Origin: Ruditapes philippinarum | Lineage: Eukaryota | Assembly (NCBI RefSeq): GCF_026571515.1 | Contig: NW_026867195.1 | Coordinates: forward strand, 1 to 64,000 | Length of the DNA: 64,000 nt | Reading direction: 5' to 3' | Part shown: piece by piece, positions 38,300 through 50,726 of the stretch | Position numbering within the stretch: position 1 is the stretch's first letter | Layout: every line of letters begins with the position of its first letter | Made by a program: the position numbers and the translations under genes | The notes under the pieces: generated by a model | What the model was told of the DNA's origin: nothing | Database searches by the model: none | What the model saw: only the letters and a program-made list of their open reading frames with translations

Positions 38300-39060
38300 T
38301 AGCATTAAATGACAGCAATAGTGGTTGAGTTTACTGAGTCACAAATGTGAAAACAAGTTTGAACGGTTATGATATGTTTTATGTTTTGATCGATCGACCA
38401 AATTGCATAGATAAGATTATATTTTTGACAGACTTAAAAATCGCATTTTAGATGTTGTCAAAAAGGAATGGTTTGCTAACTTAGAGTAAAGTTCCTTAAA
38501 GATGTCAAGAGTACATTTGAATATAAGGAATATCTAGTTATTTTACCAAAAATGATTTAGATTCTATTTTTGTAAATTAAGAATGAGGGACCTGGCTCAT
38601 AGAATTCAAACAGGGAGATTTTAAACAAAAACCTTATTCCTCGAAATGAACGACATTGTTTATGTCGTAATAATTTAGATATAGAAGATGAATATTATGT
38701 TAAGTGTATATGTAGCTTTTATTTAGAATTAAGAAGAAAACGCATTAAGGACATTTACAAACAAAAGACATCAGGTCTATAAATTAATAAAATCTTTAAA
38801 TTCTTTTGATAAAAATTGAGCTCATACAATTATCATTGCTCATCAAAAACGCTCTTGCTTTAAGAAATTTAAATTGAACTGTAGAAAATTACTACGAGAC
38901 CTGTTCTATCTTCTTATAAATAATAAATTGATTTATACGTATCAAATTCTAACATAAATGTAAAACATTAGTTCATTCTTATGGTATTTCACGTTGACAT
39001 ACATTTATTTATATGTATATACTATATGATGTATATGTGCAATTCTGAATAAATTAGCTC
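38300..39060 (+). mobile_element. Decayed LINE ORF2 3' end
   Basis: Translates ..RILDVVKKEWF.. and TGRF..LIPRNERHCLCRNNLDIEDEYYVKCICSFYLELR (C-terminal Zn-knuckle region); AATAAA near 39048. Confidence 0.75.
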
Positions 39061-39902
39061 TTCTGTTCTTCCGGTTTTGAGATCTCACCTACATAACGGG
39101 TAGCAACTCTTACATCTGTGTGATACCAGACTTTGTATTTTTATACTTAAACAATTAACGATAATTTTACTCGGAAATTAGGAAAAATAAACTTATTTAA
39201 GGTTGTTCTACTTGATCATATGTTAAAATTGATACATGACTATGAAGGCGCCTGACCTATAAGAATGGGGAACTTCACATTTTTTTACCGACAACCTAAC
39301 TTTACCGCTTCATTTTGGTAGGTCATTACCTTGTTTGTACTTGTAACTTCTCACCTAAATGAAAAATCGATATGAACAGTAATACAGTCTAAAAATTGGT
39401 CAATGTCTATGATACTTATATCAATATGTAACAATAACAATTAATAGTGACACCATAAGATTATCGTTAATTTATTTTTATTAATTTTTTAAATCTATTA
39501 TTATAATTTTAATTTTATTTTTTAATTTTACTTTCTGTGAATATTTATTACTCCATCTGCTCTAAACTATAATCTGATTTTTTGGTCCTGATTTTTTTCT
39601 GAACTTTAAATTGTTCTTCTTACCAAGGAGGTTTTCATGGCCATTTTAGTTCAATAAATGCATAATATAGGGAACATCTTGCATATATGGTAAATCTGTT
39701 TAATTTTAGTTTAATTAGTTTAAAATTATTCACCGCTATATTTGTACTAGTATGCGACTTAAGAGATAGATGGTAATAAAACTGCAATATCCTTGAAAGT
39801 GAAAAATACATTATTTTGCCCTTTCTATTTTTAGAAAACAAATAGATAATTCCTTGAATAGGAACACAACAGAACATAAAAATAATGGTCGTCATGTTAC
39901 TT

Positions 39903-42855
39903 CACCGTAGGTAACGTGTTACAGTATCGCGCTTTCTGGTAACAGTATAGAATTTTCAAGATGGAGGATTATTTGTGGGGAAGACGGGTAGGTGATTTTA
40001 TTCCGGTCCATTCCGAAGTTCAGTTTCTAAAGGATGTGCTTGTGCTTTGCTTGTAAGAAACTGGATCCGGTATCTAGTCATGTATTCCTCAGACCCTACA
40101 ATGCAGATTTATCTCTATATTGTCTCATAAATATGCAGATTTGACAGTTTGAAAATTTGAATCGAGAGACCAACGCATTTATCTCCAATTCCGACATTAT
40201 TTAAGCATGCCTACAAAAATTAAACCAACGTTAGTCCTTTGTGTTTAGAAACGTTTATAAAAGTAAATGACCAGTTAAACCTATTTTCTTGTTCGTTAAA
40301 TGCGTTTGAAAAAATAAACAATGTTGCAGTATAGAGCGAGGTAAGTTTTGCAGGGTTACAGTATAGACCGAGCGACTTTGATCCGATTTTGTTACAGTGT
40401 ATACCCATATTTCGGTTACAGTTTAGATACTTGCCAAATTTCAAATAAAATGTGTGAATCAATTATTTTTTTTATAAAATAGCCAATACTTTTCTATTTA
40501 ATATGTTCTTGAAAGCTGTTTTATTGCCATTTTTTTCTTCAGCAGAAAAGTTACAGTTTAAAATACACATTATAATGCGTATTAGTTATAAAATAGAGAA
40601 AAGGAAAGTACAACACGGCAAAAAGACTCGATTTGTTTGAGCCTGTTCATAACTGCAAGCTACCGTCCACGCCTCCTAGCACCAGCTTAAGCAGAATTTA
40701 ACATGAACTGGTAAACTTAAATAAGAATTATTTTAACATCTGTATATGTGTTCATATGGCGGCTACCATGGAACCTTCATTGTGACACATTAGTGCCATT
40801 TCATGAAAAGCGGCATATTGTCCCAAAGATTAAAAAGTTGCGTGTGCCCTAAACGAGAACACAATGGGTGAAACTAAATAAAATAGAATTTTTGAAAGAG
40901 AATCGGAGGTTATGAAGTCTGCATACCACAGAAAAACTGTCAAAAGTCACGATTAAAAAGCAGGAAACATACCCTAAGGGTGATTAAACAGTAATCAAGT
41001 GAGAAAAACTGCAACCTTAAAACTTATTTTAAGTATTTAAAAGGGGTGGTTACTTCTTTTTCACCTATATTAAGGTCCTTTGTGAAACATTTCAGACAAC
41101 AGCGGGCACCTGACTAGAACCACCGACCTTCCGTAAACTAGCTTGACAGATTCCTCATATACAAGGAATCCAACGTCATGGCGGAATTCAACCGCAGCAG
41201 TAAAAGAAAGATGATTTGAAGTCGGCAACCTTAACCCGATTCTGCCACTATTATGTACCTCCATCAGGCTCTATGGAAAATATATTGTAATTGTCTGACC
41301 TTTTTGTTAGATATTTTCCTTTTCAGAAACATGAAAACTTCCATACAGAATGTCTGAAATAAATAACACGACTATTAATTCAATAAGAACAAAATAATTT
41401 CCATTTCAACAAGGAGCATTCAAAATGACGCCAGGGTCATGATTTTATCTTTCTTTGCAAAATTCTTCACAGCAAATGCTTTTTGGTTCGGGGGAAGAAT
41501 GATTTATATTGCCTTTTTTAAAAATCTATATTTTTGGTTTTGTATCCCAGATTGCAACCGAAACCATTCCCAGTTTGAACAACTTTGGTAGAAATTCATG
41601 TGCACTTCATCAAATCTGGCCAAGTAGTTACTGAGCGGATGCCATTGGACACACATGTGTACGACAGACGGACGAATAGTCATCGGGCCAATAAGCTTAG
41701 ATTTAAAAGTGTATAATATAATTTATACATTTAACCTAGTATATTATCATATACCAATTATCATTTCCGTAACCAACACATATTTTGCAATTATGCTTGT
41801 CATGTTATAAGTTAAGTGCTCATCGCCCTATTATTAAAATAGAAAATATCCTGACCATTGAAACGATGTAACTTAATGTTATGAGGTCGTTGTATAGAGG
41901 CCAGTGGAAAATGTTACACAAAGCCTTATTTGAAATTAGAGTAACATGTAGAATTTCAGTGGTAAAAATGATATTTAAAAACGGAATTTAACAATCATTT
42001 TAATGATGCTGTTTAATTATCCTTATTACTATGTATATGCATTAATAAGGTGTCAACATATCACATCATTTACTCATGAAACGTAAAATGAATTTGGATA
42101 TGGAAATGAAATTTGGTAGGCAGGACACATCTGATGAAACCTAAATGGAAACAATACTCGCAATATTTATCGCTGCTACCACTTCAGTCCTGCAGAAGAA
42201 TATTAACACAACTTACTGGTCATTTTTTAAAGAAGTTTCGTTAAATTGCAGTGGAAAAAAAAATATTTGAGAATTTGTAAAAATAAAATAGAATGACCCG
42301 TATATAGAAAATATCGATGTCTAAACTGTAACCGAAATCTGGGTATAAACTGTATCAAAATCAGATAAAATCGCTAGGTCTATGCTGTAACCCTACACAA
42401 TTCACCTCGCTCTATACTGTAACATTGTTTATTTTTTCAAACGCATTTGACGAACAAGAAAATAGGTTCAACTGGTCATTTACTTTTATAAACGTTTCTA
42501 AACACAAAGGACTAATGTTTTGTAGCTTTATTTTTTGTAGACATGCTTAAATAATGTCGGAATTGGAGAAAAATGCGTTTGTCTTTCGATTCAAATTTTC
42601 AGTCTGTCGAATCTGCACATTTATGAGACAATATAGAGATAAAACTGCGGTGCAGGGTCTGAAGAAATATATATAACTACATACCTGATCCAGTTCCTTA
42701 TAAGCAAAGCACAAGCACATCCTTTAGAAACTGAACTTATTGTAGTATGGACCTGAATAAAATCACCTACCTGTCTTCCCCACAAATAATCCTTCATCTT
42801 GAAAATTCTATACTGTAACTGGAAAGCGCGATACTGTAACACGTTCCCTACGGTG
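39903..42855. mobile_element. Non-autonomous long-TIR DNA transposon with Transib/RAG-like end signature, 2953 bp
   Basis: Inverted arms 39903-40427 and 42320-42855; termini CACCGTAGG...CCTACGGTG; 5-bp direct repeat TACTT at 39898-39902 and 42856-42860. Confidence 0.8.
41075..41245 (-). mobile_element. Diverged tRNA-SINE, same family as 49729
   Basis: Reverse complement contains GGAAGGTCGGTGGTTCTAGTCAGGTGCCCG. Confidence 0.75.
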
Positions 42856-43689
42856 TACTTGAAACATTTGTTTACAAACATGAAGTAATGTGATATTTGT
42901 AAAAAATACATCATTATATTATGTTTACATATATGTTTTCTTGTAATCAAATTTCTATTTTGATGTGCATGTATTCGACATAATAGTTAAACATCCGTGA
43001 CTTAATGTTATTTAAAAAAACTATAAAGTTGAATACATTCTTTCAACAGTCAAATGCCTTTTTTTAAAATGAATTGTTAATTTTGTTAATTTAATCTAAA
43101 TATTTTCTGGGACAGTGTCCCAGATATTTTCATGTGTAGGTCATAACAATTGAGTAAAATTTAACATTCTGATGGGGCTGGGGGTATGAAACTATAATAA
43201 TGCTTCAATACTGATTAAACTTGGCACGAATGTTGACTGGACCATAGCCTTGCTCAATCTAAGATTTCCTGTTACCATGGCAACGGGGGACGTGTCAAAA
43301 TTGCCAAAAGTTTTGCGTTCCAAACGCTGAGATCTCTCAATGGATTAAGATAGAATAAAAGGGCTTTTCATCGTTGTTTACACGTTGCATTAACAGCCAT
43401 TTGAGGCCATATTTATCCTGACACAAGTCCTCAATTTTCTCGGCGATAACGGTTGTTACTGCCCCCTTCAAACCCCCAAACAGAATAAGGCACGTCCTCT
43501 CTCTGGCACCCCTTGCTGTATCTTTTTGATAGGGCTCGGCCCAATAAAAGTGATCTTTTTAACAACATTTTTTTACACAAACGAAAAACATTGTTTGGAG
43601 TCTAAATAGGCAATTGTTTTACAGTTTCAGTTCAGTTATTATTAAACCAAGGCATATAATATGCAACTGGTTATAACAAAAAACAAACA

Positions 43690-44490
43690 TCAAAAAACAG
43701 AAAAATAACAATCAAAAACCACTAATATCACAATAGTAGAATATAATTATGACTAGCTAAATAAACAAAAAAGGAGATCATATTGTTCATTTCAAGTACT
43801 GAATTCAATACAACATGTATTTTACATTGTAACAAATGGGAACGGAGAATGAGAAGTATTAATTATCTAATTTTTAACATCATGTTTTTACAAAATAAAG
43901 ATAATTTTAGTAGAACCTTTTTATCACAACTATTCATTAATGTGTCAAGTTTAAAAACATTGGGATGAATGTAAAACCTGGGAAGAAGAGATTTACGTCT
44001 TATGTCATTAAAGTACGAACATTGAAATAAGTGGAGAAATTCATCACCTATAGCTTGATACGGACATAAGGAACATAGCCTATTATTATGATCATTGCCA
44101 AATGTCTGCCTTTTTCAATTGGTAATTCATTGTTCTAAATTTACATAAATATTTGCATATGTCAAAAGGAAGTACATCTAGAATTTTTTTAAAAACAATG
44201 AGTTTTTTTTTTATATCTACGATACAGTAAACACTTAGAGGATGTATCAATAGTTCTATGACAGTCTTGTAAAAAATTATCTTTTAGTCTAAGCTTCACA
44301 ATATTTTTAAAGTGATTAATATTATCTACCTTCTGTAAATGAAAATATTCTGACGTGTCAAGATTACTAAGTGTTTCTTTCACAAAATGTATCCATTTAG
44401 AATTAACAATATTCCTAGAGGACAAAGACAACATTGTTTTATAAAGAAGTTTACATATCTTATTTTCCTTGGCATTAAAAATTTTACACA
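43690..44490 (-). mobile_element. 5'-truncated decayed LINE (ORF2 C-terminus)
   Basis: SKWIHFVKETL...FKNIVKLRLKDNFLQD, then CSLCPYQAIGDEFLHLFQCSYFNDIRRK...PNVFKL. Confidence 0.8.
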
Positions 44491-45957
44491 ATTTGAGGGT
44501 GAAAAACCGTCAAAAGACGTCAATATGAGATAAAAGGTTAAATAATATTTAATATGAAATCATAATGGTAAAATTTTGAATTTTGAAATATCAGCAGATG
44601 GTTATCATGCAACCTTCAACGTGACCATTCCATGAAAAGCGGCGTATGGTCTCCAAGTAAAATAACGCTTATGCCCTAAACGAGAAAACAATAGGCGGAT
44701 TTAAACAACATTACATTTAAAAAATCGATCGGAGATTATGAAGCCTGCATATCACAGATATGACGTCAATAGACAAGGTTGTGTAGATTATAGGGAATAC
44801 TGGAACAACCCAACTTGAACATAGCCAAATAGAAAGAACTTAAATACCACAAGCATAGCAGCATAAAATATTGTGCTGAAAGATCATTTAGTATCGAAAA
44901 TATAACATCCTATTGAATGTACGGCGACTTTTTAAGGCCCTCACACGACACACAATGAGAACTTTCAAGAGGGATAAAATAGAGATTAATTGAGAATACC
45001 TAAAGAACGCACAAAACGACACAACTTAAAATACTGATTGATGTTTTAAAGGTAATTTATATACACGTAAGTATAGAACTATTTAGACAATCAGACGGAA
45101 AGATGTTACAGAAAACAGTTTATAGCTGGTGAAACTTGTGCTTTTCTTCCATGATGATAAATCAACCGCCATACAGGCAGTCCTTGCCCTAAATGATTAT
45201 TATTCGAAATTTGAAGTCTAACTTTAGTTGAACAAAAATTCTCGAAACGAATTTTGGCATGAATAAATTCGCAGATCTTAAACGACTTTACTTGATTTTA
45301 TTGATTTTATAAATCAAAAGTGTGAGTGAGTACAAAGGCTTCCATAAGAGTAGGAGGCTTCAATGTACAGTTTGAGCTTCTCAGCAAACAATTAACCGTG
45401 TATCAATCAATGTCTTCTTACACAGAGACTTGTGCGTCATCCAACACCTATGATTTCTGATGAGTAATATGAAACTGATTAACAAACTTGAAGCTCAAAT
45501 ACCCACTTAAACTTCATTTCTTTACGGTCTCCTATTTTCAAATTCGACCCTGGAAAATTCGAAACTAAGAAAACGAAACTGTTGCGTGCATTCTATTTTA
45601 AAGAATCGTGAAGCGATGCAAAATTAATTTCAAGATGAACTCGTTTCTTGTTTTGTTTTGTTTCATTTTGTTTTTGCTGTTTTTTAATGAACTAAACTGA
45701 ATTTAATATTTGTTGACTAATCTAACTACAGTATCGTTCGATATATATTCAAACTAAATGTCGGCGCTTAACGGTTATTTCAGTTATCTCTGATTTATGT
45801 TATTGTAACTTAATTAGTTTATAAAAAGATGAACTTTCAATCAAATGACACAAAATAATCAAGGGCGTTTACTTGTTTAAGTGTATGTCGGATAAATTTG
45901 TGTCAATGTGCGGTAAAATTATCAGAAAAGATCATGTCTTCTTCCTATTTCCGGACC

Positions 45958-46001
45958 TGTCTTTCTTTTTTCTTTCTTTCTTTTTTTCTTTTTTTCTTTT
46001 T

Positions 46002-46041
<40 letters not shown>
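45958..46041 (+). repeat. (TTTC)n microsatellite
   Basis: Directly visible. Confidence 0.95.
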
Positions 46042-47350
46042 ACACGTTTTTGATAAAAAAAAATATCGTTTTTAACTTTTTTTAACAATTTCCGAGCAAC
46101 GTCTTTTCATCTACAGGGCATTCCCCCTTTTCCGTCCCCTTGCATTTTTTATTTTATTTTTTAAAAAACGAAGCAGGTTATTAATCAAAACCTGTCACGT
46201 AAGAGTTGTCGTACGTTTACGTTTATAAGGTTTTAGGATAAAACCAAATGAAATATGATGCCATTTACCGAGTACGTAATCTACAGATTTGATTACATCA
46301 GTACTGCGATCTACCATTTTGTCCGAAAATATATTTTGCACCTTTTTTTAAAAATGTCATGTTAATTGTATAAATCACCAAGGAAGTAATTAATGAATTA
46401 AAAATTACATCACAAAGTTTATCAACCTCCAACGTTTCGCGGGGTTAAACGCCTATTTATCAAGTTTGCTGTTTAATTTCTAAATCACGTATAAATCTTT
46501 TCCCCTACACAGTGTTTTTTTTGTAAAATGAACATTCTTTATATTTATACTTAATTCGAAACTTATCTCCTTAATATATGAAAATCAAACAGGTTCATCA
46601 TGGCTCCTGTTGATTTTTGTTATTAGGTGAGATATATTTTATTTCATGTAATGTTTATTGTATGAATTAAATGCTCATGATTATTTTTTATGATAACCAT
46701 ATTACTATTGGCTTTGTTGCGGTCATCGTCGTCGATGTTGTTCACAACCTGTGATATTGTTTACTTCTCTCTTTCCTTCGGTACGTAAAGCACAGGGCAT
46801 CGACAGGTGATGGAAAATCCACTGCAACATGTAAGACGTGTACGTTTCCATTCTCTCTTCAGCTCGGGGTAACGTTTTTAGCGACACAAGTTAGTTTGAA
46901 TGTATGAGGTAAGCTGCCAGATTCCTGACTTAAACCTTAAATGTGGTAGGGACGACAAGGAAAGTGCGCTTGGGTGTGTGAGCGAAAGATGCTTTTTGTT
47001 ACATAACAGGCGAAAGAAACATCATTAAACATAGAACACATACAAACATACTAACGCACACACGCACGCCCAACATACACACCTTCAACGGACTATCGGG
47101 AGTTAATTTTCTTTTATTTTCATTTTCTTATTTCATTTATTTTTTGTGCTTATTATTTGTTTATATTTTTCAGATATCGAATTTTTTCCACACAAGTTAA
47201 TAAAAATATCTTNNNNNNNNNNNNNNNNNNNNNNNNNNNNNNNNNNNNNNNNNNNNNNNNNNNNNNNNNNNNNNNNNNNNNNNNNNNNNNNNNNNNNNNN
47301 NNNNNNNNNNNNNNNNNNNNNNNNNNNNNNNNNNNNNNNNNNNNNNNNNN

Positions 47351-47855
47351 TACATATTCGCCAAAAGGATCTTCCATATGTACCTCAACATATTTACAAC
47401 ATATATACATCAAATAATTGTACAAAAAGCAATGTAATATTATAAAACATAGCATTGACTAGTTATAAATACAATGACAAATTAAACATAAATATTAACC
47501 ATTAACAACGAACACTGAGTAAACATAATTATACAAACATAATACTATGGTACTGGTTTAACCAGAGTACTTCCACTTTATGTAAGCTTTTTTGAATTTT
47601 TCAGTACTTTCAGACTGACGTACATAGAGTGGTATATTATTCCAGATTTTAGTTCCAGAAAAAGAAAGTGATTTACGGTAAAACTCAAGATTTGGTTTAG
47701 GGACATGTAGATTAAGATTGTTTGTTGATCTGCGATTTCTGTTATGTAAAGTTGAGACAAAATGAAATTTTTCTTTCATGTAGCATGGTGAATTTTCTTC
47801 ATGTAATGATTTGTATATCAGGATAGCCTTTTTGTACTGAACCCTGTCATTACTA
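47351..47855 (-). mobile_element. 5'-truncated L2/Crack/CR1-group LINE
   Basis: Open C-terminus DRVQYKKAILIYKSL...LHVPKPNLEFYRKSLSFSGTKIWNNIP...FKKAY*. The 3' end runs into the N gap. Absent from copy B (~56735). Confidence 0.85.
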
Positions 47856-49728
47856 TAACTATAATATGCCGATGTAAACACATGCCAGATAGAGATATCA
47901 TACCTTAAAAATAAACTTTTACACGAAATTAGTTGTCATAACAACATGTGTATGTATATGTATATGCGTATATTACGTAAACTACATAAGGCGGGTAGAT
48001 AAAACACAATTTTGGTCATTATAGATATCCATATGTTAAGTTCTTCCCATGAAATCTATTTTCGGTAAAACGACCTTAAGCTTAGGAATGTTTTCATATA
48101 CGGTAATATGTTGCAAAATAACTCAAATGGATGAATATCCATATATTAAGTTCTTTCCATGAAATCCATTTTTGGTAAAACGACCTTAAGCTTAGATATG
48201 TCATTGATATGTTTTCATATATGGTAATATGTTACAATATAGCTCAAAAGAGACGAATATCCAATGTAACCGAAGATATTATATACATACTGTACAGAGT
48301 TTTATTCGTCCTTTTGAAATAAAGATTAAATTTTATAGACAGTGTGTATTTATTTTTAATTCAAGATGTCGTTGATTTTGATTTAGTTTAAATACATATT
48401 ACTTGTAAAACAAAACATCAAGTTATTCTATGTTTTTCTAAAATTATATGTACATGTACTTAAAACTGATTAATACATGTATATAAAACATTCGGTCAAC
48501 ACTATGTAGTTATATATACAGTTATTCTAAAATTAACACATTTTGCATAATTTTACTTGTCTAAACATATGCCTGTTATGATTATGTAAAATCATGAAGA
48601 AACCGTACACACATCTCGGAATATAGTAATGTAATTTTCTATCATACATATACAACACAATGGTAATGCAAGATGAATGCAATGCGACATCATGAAACAT
48701 AGAACACATACAAACATACTCACGCACACACGCACGACCAAGATACACACCTTTACCGGACTATCGGGAGTTAATATTCTTTTATTTTCATTTTCTTATT
48801 TTGTTTATTTGTTTGTGCTTCATTATTTTTTGTTTATATTTTTCAGATATCGATTTTTTTTCCACACCAGTTAATAAAAATATCTTATTTATTTGTAAGA
48901 CTAAAGTTATGCCGATGTAAACACTTGTCAGACAGAGATATCATACCGTAAAATAAGCTTTTACACGAAATTAGTTGTCATAACAACATGAGTATGTATA
49001 TGTATATGCGTATATTACATGTACGTAACCTACATAAGGTGGGTAGAAATACACAATTTTGGTCATTATAAATAGTGATATATAAAGTTCTTTCCATGAA
49101 ATCTATTTTCGGTAAAAAGACCTTAAGCTTAGGAATGTCATTGGAATGTTTTCATATATGGTAATATGTTACAAAATACCTCGAAAGAGACGACTATCGG
49201 ATGTAACCGAATATTTTATATACAAACTGTACAGATTTTTTTGTCCTTTTGAAATAACGATTAAATTTTATAAATATTCTATATAATTTTTTAATTCAAA
49301 ATGTTGTTGATTTTGATTAAGTTTAGATACATATTACTTGTAAAACAAAACATCAAGTTATTCTATTTTTTCCAAAATTACATGTACTTAAAACTGTTTA
49401 AAACATGTATATACAACATTCGGTCAACACTATGTAGTTTCGTATACAGTTATTCTAAAATTAATAAATTTAACACTTTTGCATAATTTTATTGTCTAAA
49501 CATATGCCTGTTATGATCATGTAAAAAGATGAAGAAACCTTACACACATCTCGGAAGATAGTAATGTAATTTTCGATCATACATATACAAAACAATGGTA
49601 ATGTAAGTTGAATGCAATGCAACATGGATGTCAGTCATCATGGTAACAAGGCAAGTTATGATAGGGTAAGGTATTGGCAATACAACGTGAGGGTAATGCA
49701 ACATGAATGTAAACCATCAAAGTTTCTA

Positions 49729-49991
49729 GGGGCGTCCGTGGCCGAACGGTTAAGGTCGTCGACTTCAAACCACTTGCCCCTCACCGCTGTGGGTTCGAAT
49801 CCCGTCAGGAACTTTGAATTCTTTCATGTGAGCCAGCTAGCTAATGGAACGTCGGTGGTTCTACTCAGGTGCCCGTTCGTGCCTGAAATAATGCACGGAA
49901 GGTCACATGAGGTCTTCCTCCACCAGTAAAGCTTGAACGTCGCCAAATGACCTATTTTGTGTCGGTGTGACGCAAAACCGTAACAAACAAA
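49729..49991 (+). mobile_element. Full-length tRNA-derived SINE with TSD
   Basis: A box TGGCCGAACGG, B box GGTTCGAATCC, central domain, (CAAA)n tail. TSD CATCAAAGTTT at 49715 and 49992; single site in copy B at ~57670. Confidence 0.92.
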
Positions 49992-50024
49992 CATCAAAGT
50001 TTTTTTTATAGTAAAATAATTTAA

Positions 50025-50160
50025 AAGTAAAGTAAATTGAAGTAAAGTAAAGTGAAGTAAAGTAAAGTGAAGTAAAGTAAAGTAAATTCTTTATTTAAAG
50101 AGGCTGCACATTTGGTACCCAATCTTCCATGTGGGCTTCAATAAACAAATATTCCACAAA
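50025..50160 (-). mobile_element. L2-like LINE 3' tail with (ACTTT)n; paralog at ~57685-57800
   Basis: Minus strand reads CCCACATGGAAGATTGG...AATAAAG then a tandem tail. Confidence 0.55.
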
Positions 50161-50726
50161 ATAAGCACAAAACATATTTCGTGAGTATCGTACTGCAATA
50201 TCATTGTGAACAAGAATTTCAATATATTTTCGTCTGCACTAAAATATGTTTTGTATATTTCTTGCTGCTAGAATAAAATGAATTCAGGGCCCTCAATAAA
50301 TCTTCAAGCTATTAGTTTAAACAAATTTATTTATGAATGATTGCGAAACACGTTCTTTCAACTTATTTTAATCACTCTAGAGTCCGCTTCCTGGAACTAA
50401 CCAGTACTGGTGTCAAATGTGGATACATAGTCGTGAACCCGCAATCCTATGTTTGAGAGGCAAACATCTTAGCAATTAGGCCAGCACTACACCTCATCAT
50501 TGTATCATCCATACTTTGTGATTCATCAGGAAAACATCACATCTTGCTAGAGCTATAATGGCAGCAATGCAAAAATCAAACGTAGAATTGATGTTAAAGT
50601 ATGCCAAACAGTTTGTATGAAACAACTTCGACGCGTTCAACCGTCATTTTGAATCGTCATTTAAAATGACCATGATGGTTTCAGGCATAAAGTAACGTTT
50701 GAGGGGCAAATGATGTTCAAAAATCG

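Noticed and set aside
45450-45505. Minimal hammerhead ribozyme (CTGATGA-GTAATAT-GAAAC); similar motifs at ~42131 and ~46430-46465 (-)
   Set aside because: Stem III and the NUH cleavage site do not pair properly; likely chance or fully decayed. An Infernal search would settle it.
44940-45600. Possible coding remnant
   Set aside because: No sustained frame, consistent splice pattern or recognisable motif.
47146-47455. ORFs spanning N gaps (also 50710-51101)
   Set aside because: Open only because of Ns.
49729-49810. tRNA gene
   Set aside because: It continues into a SINE body, tail and TSD, and is absent at the paralogous site.
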